Shown here piece by piece: positions 1-14,870 of a stretch of 64,000 nucleotides of DNA (the first letter of the stretch is position 1; every line of letters starts with the position of its first letter). The DNA comes from Octopus vulgaris. Lineage: Eukaryota. Location: assembly GCA_951406725.2 (NCBI GenBank), contig OX597821.1, positions 46,376,001-46,440,000 of the forward strand, read 5' to 3'. The notes under the pieces are model-generated. The model was not told where the DNA came from. It worked only from the letters and a program-made list of their open reading frames with translations, and made no database searches. The position numbers were made by a program, and so were the translations under genes.

Positions 1-118
1 TTTCAGCTTCCGTCTACTAAATCTACTCACAAGAGTTTAAGGCACTTGCTCAAGGTGCCACACAGCGGGACTGAACCTGGGACTATGTGGTTGTGAAGCA
101 AGCTTTAACCACACAGCC
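1..118 (-). mobile_element. SINE family A, tRNA-like 5' head fragment
   Basis: Minus strand reads ggctgtgtggttaaagcttgc...ccaggttcagtccc...ggcaccttgagcaagtg (A/B-box-like). Matches the heads of copies at 4165-4563 and 36365-36785. Confidence 0.75.
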
Positions 119-120
119 GA

Positions 121-167
<47 letters not shown>

Positions 168-180
168 GTCTGTCGATCTA

Positions 181-220
<40 letters not shown>

Positions 221-222
221 CA

Positions 223-278
<56 letters not shown>

Positions 279-685
279 TATATATATACATAAATACATA
301 TGCTTACAAATATATGTATAATATATTCATATATATTTACACACACATACGCACACACACACACGCGCGTATTCACACGCACACAAACACACACATATAT
401 ATGAATATATATATATACATGCATACACACATATACACATATTTAGGCATATATAGGTACAATGTTTATATGTATATATTCTTACGATATATCTGCATCC
501 ATCCATCCATCCATCCATCCATCCATCCATTTACCTACGTGTCTATGTATCTATGTATCTATCTCATTATGTATGTAATGTATAGTTGGGAATAAACATT
601 ACGTCTCAGTATAAATACTGCTTTCGTCTCTAATAGAGATTTTCTTAATGATCTAGTTTACTTGTTATATATATACTCTTTTTTC

Positions 686-884
686 TTTTTACTCTTTTAC
701 TTGTTTCAGTCATTTGACTGTGGCCATGCTGGAGCACCGCCTTTAGCCGAGCAAATCGACCCCGGGACTTATTCTTTGTAAGCCCAGTACTTATTCTATC
801 GGTCTCTTTTGCTGAACCGCTAAGTGACGGGGGACATAAACACACCAGCATTGGTTGTCAAGCAATGCTAGGGGACAAACACAG

Positions 885-933
<49 letters not shown>

Positions 934-985
934 TATACGACAGACTTCTTTCAGTTTCCATCTACCAAATCCACTCACAAGGCAT
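686..985 (-). mobile_element. SINE family A, 3' body with internal (TA)n/(TG)n
   Basis: Near-identical to 4165-4445 and 36365-36665 (ttgtttcagtcatttgactg...ggagcaccgcctttag...ggggacaaacacagac). Confidence 0.85.
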
Positions 986-1001
986 TATATACACATGTAT
1001 G

Positions 1002-1041
<40 letters not shown>

Positions 1042-1130
1042 TATATGTGTGTATGTATATATATATATATATATATTATATACACATGTATGTATATATA
1101 TATATATACATACATATATATATATGTGTG

Positions 1131-1262
<132 letters not shown>

Positions 1263-1269
1263 TTACGTT

Positions 1270-1420
1270 ATATAATTAGGGTTCAGTAAAATAATTTACT
1301 TTACCACACACCGAACTTTTAGAAATAGCAGCCAAAAAATTTTAGCTATTTCCTCTACTATAAGAAAAGTCTCCCAGACAATGTATACGCAAAAATAATT
1401 CACGCAGGTATAGAGGGAAA
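1270..1420. repeat. Short (TA)n-embedded interspersed repeat, related to 62431-62630
   Basis: Shares ataattag(g/a)gttcag, tttagaaatagcag and tctcccagaca blocks with 62455-62552. Confidence 0.55.
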
Positions 1421-1599
1421 TATATATATATATATATATTTATACATTGACAGACAGACAAATAGACATGTAGGCAGACAGACATACAGACACATAGACA
1501 CTTAAACATATACGTATTTGGGCTAAATTTGTCAGAAACAGAAAATATCCCATCCTAAAATAAATGCATTAAAAAAAAAGTGAAAATATCAACTAGATT

Positions 1600-2500
1600 A
1601 TGCCTGGGAGATAACATTTTCTCCAAAGTAGCCACTCTCAGTTTTCACCGCGGTATCAAGAATATGGCGACTTCAGAACATGATGACTCTAGAATATGAC
1701 GCTTGCGTTGTCCCTCTCTGTTTTCCTGGGAAGATCTTCGAAGTCCCTTTGATCTTGACCACCAGGGTTGCATACATGATAGTCACGGGATTACAATGGG
1801 AGAAATTAGTAGCTCTGAAAAATTCTCTGATGACCACTTCTGACTTTTCCAGAGGTATGACAAGGAGTCGAATCATTCTGCCACACATGGCCTTCCCCCT
1901 ACCAACAGCTACTCTCTCCAGTCAGGGATTGATTATAATCTTCACCAGCTTCACATAGCCGTCTGAACTGTTTATACACCATAGCAAACAGGTTTTATGT
2001 GGTCGGTTGTTCTGAGAGAAACAGCAGCCAAATCACTATCAATTGAAACACACTTCTCACTTGATATAATAATGAAACCGTAGAAAATTTTGTCTTAGAC
2101 TACGCCCTAAGAAGTCAGAATGGTCATGACTTCAACGCTTTTCATTATAATTAAATTTGAGTCTATATAACAAGAACAATATTTCCTAAAATATAACAAT
2201 AGATTTCGAAAATGTGGTTCACTTTTTCTTTTGTATTGTTTTCTCTTTTGTATTATATGTAAATTGAAACGCGGTGAGCTAGGTTCCTGTTTGTGGAGAT
2301 GAATTCTGGAGTGCGGACGCAGTTACAACGCTTGCCGTGTCCCTCTCTTGTAGCCACGGTGTCGTAGTCTCCGTCGCAGCCTGCCTATGTCACATTTTAC
2401 AGCTCTTATAGAATTCAAAGAGCACTGGGTTGTACTTATGATGGTGCGCATTTTGACATCCGATGTGAGTAGTTAAGATAGAGGGAGCTCTTTTCCAATA
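1600..2500 (-). mobile_element. Fragmented Tc1/mariner (maT/DD37D-like) transposase remnant
   Basis: Minus-strand fragments ...CVRTPEFIS, VWQNDSTPCHTSGKSQKW and ...ESGYFGE resemble the transposase at 18697-19873. Many frameshifts. Confidence 0.6.
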
Positions 2501-2653
2501 TTCAGATAGCATCCACTCCTCTATGTTACCTAACTTTTTCTCGATTTCAACTTTAATCTATATGCTCTCCAAGGCCGTTCGTTGTTAGCCTATACATCAG
2601 TCTGGTCCTGAAAAAAGGAGAGATATATAAATCGTCAAACTTAGCCCAAACAT

Positions 2654-2692
<39 letters not shown>

Positions 2693-2747
2693 AATGTATA
2701 CATACATACATATATATTTATATATATAAATATATGTATTGTATATT

Positions 2748-2810
<63 letters not shown>

Positions 2811-2845
2811 CGTATGCATATATATGTATATGTGTATATATATAT

Positions 2846-3105
<260 letters not shown>

Positions 3106-3523
3106 TGTACACATACATACACAAGCATAAATATGTGCGTGCACAAAACAAGATTTCTGTGCATACCTGTGTCTTTATATCTTTGTAAGGCAAATCACCA
3201 TATGGCGATATCACTATATGTATGCCTGTCTCTTTCGTATTTAATCATTTGAATTCTTCCTCTGAAGAAGGAGATGATTTCTAACAAATATTCAAAGCCT
3301 CATCTTTGGAATGTAGTTAGCGAAAACAATGTCACATTTTAAACCTGGGAAAAGTCTCGAATAGATTTATTGTTTTGCTTATAGATTGTATTTGTAAGCG
3401 TGCAAATCAGTTGGTTGATTACTTTTTTCTGTAAATCCAAGCTTATCCAGACTTACAGTTAGGCAAACTTAGAAAACCAAGTGCTCCAATTATTACTGGT
3501 ATAAATGTAAATTTATACCAGTG

Positions 3524-3853
3524 AAGGCGCATGGCTCAGTGGTTAGAGCATCGAGCTTACGATCGTGAGGTTGTGAGCTCGAATCCCGACCGGGCTGCGT
3601 GTTGTGTTCTTGAGCAAGGCACTTTATTTCACGTTGCTCCAGTTCACTCAGCTGTAGAAATGAGTTGCGACGTCACTGGTGCCAAGCTGTATCGACCTTT
3701 GTCTTTCCCTTGGATAACACTGGTGGCGTGGAGAGGGGAGGCTGGTATGCATGGGCGACTGCTGGTCTTCCATAAACAACCTTGCCCGGACTTGTGTCTA
3801 GAGGGTAACTTTCTAGGTGCAATCCCATGGTCATTCATGACCGAAGGGGGTCT
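3524..3853 (+). mobile_element. SINE family C, tRNA-derived, full length
   Basis: A box tggctcagtgg, B-box-like gctcgaatccc, then ttgagcaaggcacttt. Near-identical inverted copy at 41839-42170. Confidence 0.85.
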
Positions 3854-4049
3854 TTAAATGTAAAGTTATAATCCGGATATAGAAGCTGGAGGCTTGAAAG
3901 CAGTTGTCCATAGTTATCTTCTTTTTTTTTTTGTTTGACTTTCAAAGAGATATTTGCATTAGCAGGAGAGCTGACCTCTATGATAGTTCATACATTTTCT
4001 TGTCTGTCTCAGACAACTATACCCGGCTTGTTATGTTTACTCTTGACAG

Positions 4050-4097
4050 ATGTTTTGATGGAAATGTTCCACCAGTTTTCCTTGTGCTGGCATTTGT
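4050..4097 (+). CDS. Possible 48-nt host exon (phase 2/2; CFDGNVPPVFLVLAF)
   Basis: Acceptor gtttactcttgacag and donor GT|gtaagt in non-repetitive sequence. No homology recognised. Confidence 0.2.
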
Positions 4098-4164
4098 GTA
4101 AGTATTCAATAACAGGGGGATTCTCTATATTTATTCCCGGACAGTCTTTTTTCGGATGGCTGTA

Positions 4165-4563
4165 TACTCTTTTACTCTTTTACTCTTTTACTTGTTTCAG
4201 TCATTTGACTGCGGCCATGCTGGAGCACCGCCTTTAGTCGAGCAAATCGACCCCAGGACTTATTCTTTGTAAGCCCAGTACTTATTCTATCGGTCTCTTT
4301 TGCCGAACCGCTAAGTGACGGGGACAACCAGCATCGGTTGTCAAGCAATGCTAGGGGGACAAACACAGACACACACACTTATATATATATACATATATAC
4401 GACAGGCTTCTTTCAGTTTCCGTCTACCAAATCCACTCACAAGGCATTGGTCGGCCCGGGGCTATAGCAGAAGACACTTGCCCAATATGCCACTTTGTGG
4501 GACTGAACCCGGAACCATGTGGTTGGTTAGCAAGCTACTTACCACACAGCCACTCCTGCGCCT
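4165..4563 (-). mobile_element. SINE family A, full length
   Basis: tRNA-like head ggcgcaggagtggctgtgtggtaag...ccgggttcagtccc, internal microsatellite, gaaacaagtaaaagagt tail. More than 10 copies in the window. Confidence 0.9.
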
Positions 4564-4589
4564 ATATATTGTTTTTATTTATTTTTTTT

Positions 4590-5350
4590 TTTTTACGACA
4601 ACGTCATGTCTCATAGAGAAGTAGGAGCTTGATACCATTTTTGGGCAGCTGCTAATCACACGTGTGATGCCTTCCAGAAAAACTTGATATAATCTACATT
4701 TACGGTTGCATCTTGGAACTCCAAGGGTTTCATTGTCTTTGACCGAGTATTTACTAGCAATCTCATGTTCTTGGATTGCAATTGTCGAGCCTTCGGAGTG
4801 TGATGTGACGTAGCGGCCATGAGTCCAAGTGAGGCTTCCCTTGATGCCAATGTTGCTATCTTCTTCAAGTCTACGAGAAACATACCCTTGCCTAGTCATT
4901 TTTTTCTTCTTGGTATGCTGAGCGTTTCCCTTCCAGGTCTTCTTTGTGGTATGTTTGTCCGGCTGATTTGGGGTTGTATGGGAAGTCATCAGGAAGAGAG
5001 TACTTCCCGAGGAACTCACTTCCAACACGTACAATAATGTTTTCTTCACTATTCAGCGCTAATTTATTGTATTTATTTTTGCTACTGTTGTTTAGCAAGT
5101 GTTGTCTGAGAAATGCTATACGACATTCGAAGGCTGTCTGCACTAATCTCAAGCCCTTACCTCCTTTATTTCTTCTTAGGTTAGACCCTGTCGATATCAT
5201 TGTTTTTGTGGAGATTTCCATTTGATGTTAGAATCTTGCGGGTTCTAATGTCTATGAAGTGGATTTCTTCCACAGGCGAGTCACAAACGTTGGAATCAAC
5301 ACTAGTACTGAAAATGCACTATGGGATATTGTGATGTTGCAAGAGGAGTC
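4590..5350 (-). mobile_element. Decayed R4/Dong-like non-LTR retrotransposon fragment (post-RT region to CCHC knuckle)
   Basis: Frameshifted motifs LRRNKGGKGL, THGRY, IAIQEHEIASKY, KCRLY..E.ITRVISSC, YFSMRHDVV typical of RLE-type (R4/Dong) elements. Confidence 0.65.
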
Positions 5351-5564
5351 AATGTATGTATGTATGTATGTATGTATGTATGTATGTATGTATGTATGTA
5401 TGCATGTAAACACACCAATATCGGGTGTCAAGCAATAGTAAGGGGACAAACACAGACACAAAGACACACACACACATACATATAAATACACACACACATA
5501 TATATCACATATATATATATATACACACATATATACTACATACATACATACATACATACATACA

Positions 5565-5645
<81 letters not shown>

Positions 5646-5899
5646 CAAATGAAATAAAATGAAAAACAGGACACAAAGGATGTCGCGGTGCACATGTTTC
5701 GTGCTTTATAAAACAACTTATTCTTACATCAATGCATAATCGACATAACAGATAGTTTAAAAGCCCTCTTCAGCCGCATGCAATTGCTACACCAAAGACT
5801 TGTATCACATTATGAAAGGTTTGAGAAAGAACATTTGGTATTATGTATAATGGTAGGTAAACCGAGTATCACTGGGAAAGTATGTCTGTAAATCTCCAT

Positions 5900-8360
5900 A
5901 ATCAAATAGGCGTACAGGTATTATTGGACTCCAAAAAATCGTCCATACCGTTTTCTCACTCAATATAGAGTGAATACTGGATGTAATAGCCGTCAGTGAG
6001 ACCAGGATCACGGACACACGGGCTTTGACTCCTATTTTCGTGGACTTTGAGATTTTCACATCTTAATCGACCGGGAATGGAAGGTGGGGTGGCAGAGTTG
6101 TTCAGAAAAGGCCTGGATCTTGAGATACGGTCGGTCTTCTTGGACTCGGAAGGTAAGTCGGTGTTCTTGGACGCGAACGATAACGAAGGCAGCGCTTTTA
6201 AACTGGTCGCAGTATACGCATCGACTGGAGCGGGGCAGCAGGAGTTCTTCAGACGCCGGAGACCTTTCTAAGGATGTCTCGCTCTTTTAGTGTCAGTGGG
6301 CGATTAGAACGTCATCTTGGATGCACGTGTGGATTGGTTGGGTATAGCGGATAAGAAAGGGAGGTGCCTCGCAAACCTGTTCAATCGTTTCCAGGTAACG
6401 GACAGGTTCAGAGTGGATTTCCCGAACACTCCAGTATGGACATGGGCAAACAGTGTCGAGTCGTCCAGACCTTTTCGAGATAGGATATTTTGTAGGCTAG
6501 CAGATAGGAATAGCATAGGGTGTCCACAATTTGAATTCGTCAACTACGTAGACCACAAATTTGTGATCTGTACGGTTGGCCTAGATAGGCTCCATAGGCA
6601 GGGACCCGATACTGGAAGCTGAACGCGTTCTTCCCGGCGCGTCAAACTTTCAGAGACCAGCTTAGCCACTTCAGCGGCACTTTGCTGAACCGTACGGGGC
6701 GCGCGGTGGCCCTAGGTGGAGGTGAATTTCACTTCCTGCCTTGATGGTATGCTGCGACTTTCGGCCAGGGATATGGAGTTCTGCGAAATACCGATAACAG
6801 CTGAAGATATACGTGACACGTTGGCTAGTTCCATGAGAGTGATTGGATGGTCTGCCCTTCGAGTTTTATATACATATGCCAGACTTGTTTGGTGAGCTTT
6901 TGGGAGACGTCTACTGCAACTAGCAGCAGAATGGGAGAATACCCGGAGCTGTGAGCCGAGGTATGGTGACGCCATTGAGAAAGGATCCGGACAAGGGGGA
7001 GATTGTTGGTAACTTTAGGCCGACAACTCTACGAAATATAAATTACAAAACTTTAGCCAAGGTGTTAGCAAAGAGGGTGGCACTTGTTGATAGACTGGTG
7101 GATGATCCGCAGACTTGCGCTATCCCCGGCAGAACTATTCCCGACAGCGTCCACCTCACGCGATACATCATAGAGCGGGTTGGTAAAGAACCTGGCATAG
7201 GGGGGAGGGGGTCCCTGCTCAATTTTAATCAATCGAAAGCTTTTGATAGGATCAACCATTTGTACTTGGAGGCTGTTCTTAAGGCGGCTGATTTCGTTCC
7301 CGTTTTCAGAGGCTAGATCGCTGCAATGTACAGCGACATCTGTTCGGTGGTCAAAATAAATGACCACCTCTCGGAATCGTTTAGTATCGCACGTCCGGTT
7401 CGTTACTCTCACCCTTTCTCTATGTATTGGCACTCGAGCCATTACTGCGAAAGCTGGAGGTTTCGAGAGGCATCCCGCGTGAACTGGTATGCGGAAGGTT
7501 CGTGTCGACGTATGCAGACGACGTTACCGTGATAGTGTCGGTATCTTGGAAATGGAGATGGTCGGCACACCCCTAAGGGAATACGAAGCGATGATAGGAG
7601 CAATGGTGAACCAGGAGAAATTAGTGGGCCTGCGGCTCGGCACCTGGAGAGACAGGCCCATGCCAACCGACAGAGCTGTGGGGGTACTGCACAGAAGGAC
7701 CTCTTAAGTTGGTCGGTGTCTTGTTCAGTCCGAATCTCCGAGAGGAAGCTGTCCCTGAAAGGCCGGGTAGAGATAGCGAATGTGTACATCGCATCCGTAT
7801 ACACTATCGCTTGACTGTCGTCCCTTGCCCCTCTTCCTTGCTGAACGTGTTGGTGCGTTTGCTTTTCCGCTTCCTGTGGAGGGGACAGGTACCAATGTCA
7901 GCACCCGTTGCGTGGAAGATTGGGCATGTCGTGGTTGCAGGTGCGCAGACATGCGCTGAGGCTGCGACATCTCCAGCTTAACGGCGATTAGGTTGTGGTC
8001 GTCGTTTGTTGAACGAGCTTTTCCGCCATTCATATCCTTGACATAGCTACAGTCTTGGATCAGGCGCAGACCGAGGAAGGGCGCTTGGCACCTAGAGTGT
8101 CTCCAAGCGCTCACAGCCCTCGGCTAGTCGGGCAATGCGGTTGGTGGAAGTTCCACCTTGGAGATCTATAGGGGATTTGTGGAGAGCAAGATCGACGACG
8201 GACTCGGAGAGCTCCTAGTCGCCGAGGGGCATCAATTGGCTGGTCTCTTCCGGAGGACTTTCTGGACGGGAAATATGGATAACTTTCAGAAATCACTGGC
8301 CTGGTAGTGCTACCGGGGTAGGGGTGGAGGCTGTCGGTTCGATATAAGCTCTATAGCTTA
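5900..8360 (+). pseudogene. Decayed Tx1/L1-like LINE ORF2 (APE endonuclease + RT)
   Basis: SET, GGVA, LVAVYA, GDxNV, DRIF and DHK (APE). NFRPTTL.N..YK.LAK, KAFDRINH and tatgcagacgac = YADD (RT). Many stops and frameshifts; homologous to 27525-28824. Confidence 0.85.
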
Positions 8361-8416
8361 TGTATTCGACTTAAACCCTTTCCCTAAATTTGAGGCCTTG
8401 TGCTTCACTTGAAAGG

Positions 8417-8447
<31 letters not shown>

Positions 8448-8472
8448 CCATCATCATCATCACCACCATCAC

Positions 8473-8508
<36 letters not shown>

Positions 8509-8523
8509 TATTATTATTATTAC

Positions 8524-8572
<49 letters not shown>

Positions 8573-8574
8573 TA

Positions 8575-9377
8575 GGCGGCGAGCTAGCAGAATCGCTAGC
8601 ACGCCGGGTAAAATGCTCAGCGGCATTTCGTCTGTCCTAAGTCTTTGTGTTCAAATTCCGCCCAGGTAGATTTGCCTTTCATACTTTTTGTGTCGATAAA
8701 ATAAGCATCAGCTGAACACTGGGGTCCCCTTCCCCCAAATTTCAGGCCTTGTGCTTTTATAAAAAATATTATAATTATTATTACCATTAAGGCGGCGAGT
8801 TGGCTTAGCACGCCGAACGAAGCACTGAGCAGTGTTTCTTCTGTCGCTATGTTCTAAGTTCAAATTCCGCCGTGGTCGTCTTTGCCTTTCATCCTTTCGG
8901 AGTGGATTAAATAAGTACCAGTTACGTAATGGGGTCGATGTAATCGACTTATTCCTTAACCCCAAATTTCAGGTATTGTGTCTTAAGTAGAAAAGATTAT
9001 TATTATTAAGTGGAAAAGATTATTATTATTAGCACACAGAGCAAAATGCTTAGCGGTATTTCGTCAGCCGCTACGTTCTGTGTTCAAATCCAGCCGAGGT
9101 CGACTTTGCCTTTCATCCTTTCGGGGTCGATTAAATAATTACCAGTTACGCACTGGGGCCGATATTATCGACTTAATCCGTTTGTCTGTCCTTGTTTGTC
9201 CTCTCTGTGTTTAGCCCCTTGTGGGTAGTAAAGAAATAGGTATTTCGTCTATCTTTACGTTCTGGGATCGATTAAATAAGTACCAGTTACGCACTGGAGT
9301 GTAATCGACTTAATCCTTTTGTCTGTCCTTGTTTGTCTCCTCTATGTTTATCCCCCCTGTGGGAAATAAAGAAATAA

Positions 9378-9380
<3 letters not shown>
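8575..9380 (+). mobile_element. Tandem cluster of SINE family B copies within (TTA)n tracts
   Basis: Repeated ggcggcgagct..cagaa..gttcaaattccgcc.aggtcgactttgcctttcatcctttcggggtcgat units at about 8575, 8791 and 9030. Confidence 0.85.
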
Positions 9381-9454
<74 letters not shown>

Positions 9455-9489
9455 CATTATAATAAATAATGATAATAACAATGATAATC

Positions 9490-10122
9490 ATTTCTTTTAA
9501 AGGCACAAGGCCTGAAATTTGTGGGGAATGGACTAGTCGATTATATCGACCCCCAGTGTTTTACTGGTAGTTAATTTATCGTCCCCGAAAGGATGAAAGA
9601 TAAAGTCGGCCTCCGCGGAAATGGAACTCAGTACGTAGTAACGGGCGAAATACCGCTAAGCATTTCGTCCAGCGTTCTAAAGATTTTGACAGTAATGTTT
9701 AACTGGTTAAGGTCAAGCAACTGAAAAGGAAATCTGTAGTAATTAGCAGAATATTTGCTGTAGCCCACCTTTTATATTAAGACAAAAACATTACACATGA
9801 TAACACTTCCAATCAGCTGAGATGAAAAGCTACGGCTGGTACTTCACCGGGACATACACTAATAATAATAATAATAACAATAGTCCTTTCTACTATAGGC
9901 AGAAGGCCTGAAATTTGGCAGGGTTGGACTAGTCAGTTACATCGATCCCAGAACTCAACTGGTACTTAATTTATCGACCACGAAAGGATGGAAGGCAACG
10001 TCGACCGCGGTGAAATTTGAACTCAGAACGTAGCGACGTGCGAAATACCGCTAAGCATTTTTGTCCTGCGTGTTAACGATTCTGCCAACTCGCAGCCTTA
10101 TATGATGATGATGATGATGATG

Positions 10123-10196
<74 letters not shown>

Positions 10197-10570
10197 TTCT
10201 ACTATAGGCACAAGGCCAGAAATTTTTCAAGGAGAGTGCAAGCCAATCACATCAACCCCAGTGCTTGACTTCGACTTATTTTATCGAGCCCGAAAGGATG
10301 AAAAGCAAAGTCGACCTAGAGGGAATTTGAACTCAGAGCATAAAGACGGACGAAATGCTGCTCAGCATTTCGTTCGGTGTGCTGACGATTCTGCCAGCTC
10401 GCCGCCTTATATAACGATAACAAATACCTCGGCTGAAGGCCAGCAAATTTGAGCGGAAGGGATTAGTTATTACCATTGACCCTATTATTTCAGTGGCAAT
10501 CTATTTTCATCCCAGAGGGATGAAAAGGTGAAGCTGACCTCCGACTTTGAAGTTTCGCTGAGTACGTAGG
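9490..10570 (-). mobile_element. Cluster of inverted SINE family B copies plus a family E fragment (9690-9850)
   Basis: Reverse-complement SINE B units at about 9490-9690, 9885-10098, 10197-10408 and 10430-10570, separated by (AAT)n. 9690-9850 is the reverse complement of part of 48216-48380. Confidence 0.8.
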
Positions 10571-10586
10571 GTTAATCAAATCGTGA

Positions 10587-10635
<49 letters not shown>

Positions 10636-10662
10636 TTATATATATATATATGTGTGTGTGTG

Positions 10663-10736
<74 letters not shown>

Positions 10737-10780
10737 GCATATATATATATATACATATATATATATATGTGTGTGTGTAT

Positions 10781-10814
<34 letters not shown>

Positions 10815-11061
10815 GAATATATATCTGTGTGTATGTGTATATATATATATGTATATATGAGTGTTTGCCTGTATACACACACTCATACATACATGCATAC
10901 ATACATACATATATACATACATACATACATATGTTGCTCTTGCTGCAATTACTACTACATCCGCCATATTTAAAAATGTCGCTAAATATACGTGTATATA
11001 TGTATTTCCCTCTCTCAAAAGACACTCACACACACACACACACACACACACACGTACGTGT

Positions 11062-11099
<38 letters not shown>

Positions 11100-11162
11100 T
11101 ACATACACATACATTATATATCTACGAACAAAAATACATAGATGTATATATGAGTATATATA

Positions 11163-11217
<55 letters not shown>

Positions 11218-11871
11218 TCTAGCCGACTCCTACTACATATGCTGTACGTAAGCCGCTGCTACGTCGGACAAATACAAATTCGCAAATTATTCTTACGTGT
11301 AACCAAGTGAATTATGTCGTTCAGAACGACCTGAATAAATTATCCAAATTGCTCTCCACGGCTGAGGCTGACTGGGAGTTAAATGTAATAATATCTGTGG
11401 AGTGTGTGTGCATTAACATATAGATACGATGCATTGCTATTGCTATGAAGCATTGCGAGTGAATTGATTAAAATATTGTCCTTGTTCTTTTATAACCCAA
11501 AACACTTATGCTTTAAATTTAATCTAAAACCCAGTCCGTGTATATCTGTGTTTTCGAGTTTAGTGAACGCTAAATTTTATGTTTGTGACAATGTGTCATC
11601 AGCTTTTAAAGAATTCAGTAGGTGAAATTATGGTTCAAGATATAGAACCGAAACCACAGTTTGATGATATTCGAGGGATTGAATTCAGCGTGAATTATAT
11701 AGCATCCGTCACCTTTGCTTCTATTTAATATATACGTGCGCTTGCACACAGATAGATAGATAGACACACAGACAGACACGACACGACACACACGCATGCA
11801 CACAGAGACAGCACGCGCGCTCGCACACACACACACAAACGTACATACACACACACACACACGCCTGTGCA

Positions 11872-11920
<49 letters not shown>

Positions 11921-12174
11921 GCATAGGCAGATAAGCTTATTTGCCAGTAGAGGCTGCTACACAGACGAGCAATGTCAAAAGTAATACCATCGACGAGTTC
12001 ACTTCTGTCACAACCTCCACCAGCACCACCACCATCCTGACGATCGCCACCACCACCACCACCACCATTATATTCAGCATCAGCAGCATAATCAGTCGCC
12101 ACTATCATCAAAAGCATTATTCTCCCACTTTACCATCATCACAATCAACGTCAGTTCCAGCACCACCACCAACC

Positions 12175-12206
<32 letters not shown>

Positions 12207-13305
12207 AGAACATCCCTAACTCCATCCACTACTACCCTAAACAACTACTACTGTCACCATTAACTCCTTTTCATCGCTAGTCAAATGGCTGGACTTGGTA
12301 TGCACAGGAGATTTTTAGATTTCGAAAAAGAGTTCACACAAACTACCGCGCGTGAGCACACATACAGTCACACATTCTCTCTATCAACCTGTCTCTCTAT
12401 CACTCACCTCTCTCTCTCTCTCTCTCAATATCTCTCTCTTTCAATCTCTCTCTCTCTCTCACACACACATTCACGAAAGCGTAGTTATACACGTAGACAG
12501 TGAGTAGGCAGTGCTTTGCCGAACAACGCATACTTTTAACAGAAGTGAAAATCTATTGGAGAAATTTATGTTAACCTTAAATGAAATAATCTCTTGAAAA
12601 TTGTGCAATGCGAACTCAAAAAAATGACCCTTCGGCGAAGAAAAGTCTGCAATATAAATGAGGTTACATGCAATATCCATACAGTACAACGTTTATATTA
12701 TCATTAGCTTCCTCCCACAAATATGTCATAATGGCGCCATTTGTTGTCATGCGCACAAAGATCCATCTACTGTGTATGAATATGTGAGCGTAGGTGCATC
12801 ACTGTGTATGTGAGTGGATATGCATTAATAGGCATGTATCTAAGTGTATGCGATTCTGTAGGTGTGTGTATGTATGTTATGTGTGAGTGCATGTGACACA
12901 AATCTCGCAGACTAACATACAAAAACGGGTGCGCGTGTGTGCGCATTCACATACAAACACACTCACACGCACGTGTGTATGCATGAATGTATACCTACTC
13001 ACATACATACATACATACATACATACATACATACATACATACATACATACATACATACATACATACACACATACATAAGCGGTGGAGCGAAATTTAGTTA
13101 GGGTGTGCGAACCCAGTTTTTCAGGAGGATGTTCAACGCGATTTCATTACAAAAAAAAGGGGAGGGGCGCTTGTATCCACTGTTCCCTAACCTATGCATA
13201 CATACATACATGCAGATATATATACGTACATACATATGCATACACATCCATATATATATACGTGTATATTATATATGTAGGTACGTGTGTGTGCGTGTGT
13301 GTGTG

Positions 13306-13388
<83 letters not shown>

Positions 13389-14350
13389 ATATATACATAT
13401 ATATATACAGATATATATATATAAATATATACATATATGCATACATACATATATATACAGATATATTATACACATGTACACACATACACGCACACACACA
13501 CACGCACAAACACACACATACACACACATACACATATATTGGAAGACTAGTAGCAGAGATAGGTAGTCAATGAATATTCATAAGGTATCTGCTGGGTGAA
13601 AGCAAATATATGAATATTCATAAAATAGGGAGAGAGAGGAAGAAATAGATGGGGTAAGAGAGAGAGAAAGAAAGAGATAGATAGATAGAGAGAGAGAGAA
13701 TTAGGGTGTTAAAAAATACTAAGATGAAAGATAAGAAAATATACCAGTTTTATGTGCAGGAAAAAATAATGAATATTAAAACACGTAAGAATGATGTTTT
13801 ACATACATACACGATCACATATCACACACATAGTTATACATACACGCACACACATATAGATAGGTGTACATATATAACACGAATATACATATACACTCAC
13901 AACACGTATATATTATTTACGTGCGAAATAGTAAATTTACAACTAAATATACACATAAATACGAAATCATTAACACACACTTGATACACAACACACACAC
14001 ACATACATCATCTGTGGAAGAAAATCTTCAAAAACAAAGAAACTCCTCTCCTCGTTCACCCAATTCGCTAACGTCACCGTTTTATTACCCTATCACTTCT
14101 ACTACTCCCATCATCCGAATCACCCTCCCCCCGCAGTCACCGCCACCACTGAGAACACTTACAACATTACCCCCCACCACCACCACCATATGACCGTTGC
14201 ATTCTTTTCCATCTGCTGTTTATTTTTTCGTGTCTTTTTCTCACTTCTGATATACCTCTCTTGCCTCCATCACCATTGCCTCCTCTCTACCATCAGGTCT
14301 TAGTTGTAATTAAGATAAATGCCACACGCATACTTTCTTATGCGCAACTT

Positions 14351-14402
<52 letters not shown>

Positions 14403-14561
14403 ACCATTCTGTCTGTCATTCTCAATATCTCACCTCACTTCCTTCTCGCTCTCACACTCTCCGATTTAAGATTTCCTCTTCTCCGAATCAGGCTTCCAAC
14501 TGCATATATATATATATATATTGAACAAGTACATAGAGGATAAAAAAGCAAATATATATAT

Positions 14562-14609
<48 letters not shown>

Positions 14610-14633
14610 GTATATATATAAGTATATATACAA

Positions 14634-14688
<55 letters not shown>

Positions 14689-14719
14689 AGTATATATACA
14701 TATACATACATACATACAT

Positions 14720-14767
<48 letters not shown>

Positions 14768-14776
14768 GTATGTGTG

Positions 14777-14821
<45 letters not shown>

Positions 14822-14870
14822 AAACAAGTAAAAAATAGAAAATGCTAAAATAATTTTATAGTGAACATTT

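Noticed and set aside
2532-2608. Minus-strand segment with good acceptor (cttttttcag) and donor (AG|gtaaca)
   Set aside because: Stops in all three frames and adjacent to a transposon remnant; no support as a coding exon.
3265-3320. CTGAAGA followed by an agatga/tcatct hairpin
   Set aside because: No proper GAAA box or stem I; cannot call an HHR.
3524-3600. tRNA-like sequences (also about 4490-4563, 24800-24875 and 42095-42170)
   Set aside because: They are SINE heads: no proper acceptor stem, and they continue into repeated SINE bodies.
5685-5740. Minus-strand TTGATGT...GAAAcatgTG hammerhead-like string
   Set aside because: Core mismatched, G at the cleavage position and weak stem II; at best a decayed relic.
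8575-10570. Regularly recurring repeats suggestive of a CRISPR-like array
   Set aside because: They are diverged SINE copies separated by (AAT)n in eukaryotic DNA; no constant repeat-spacer period and no cas genes.
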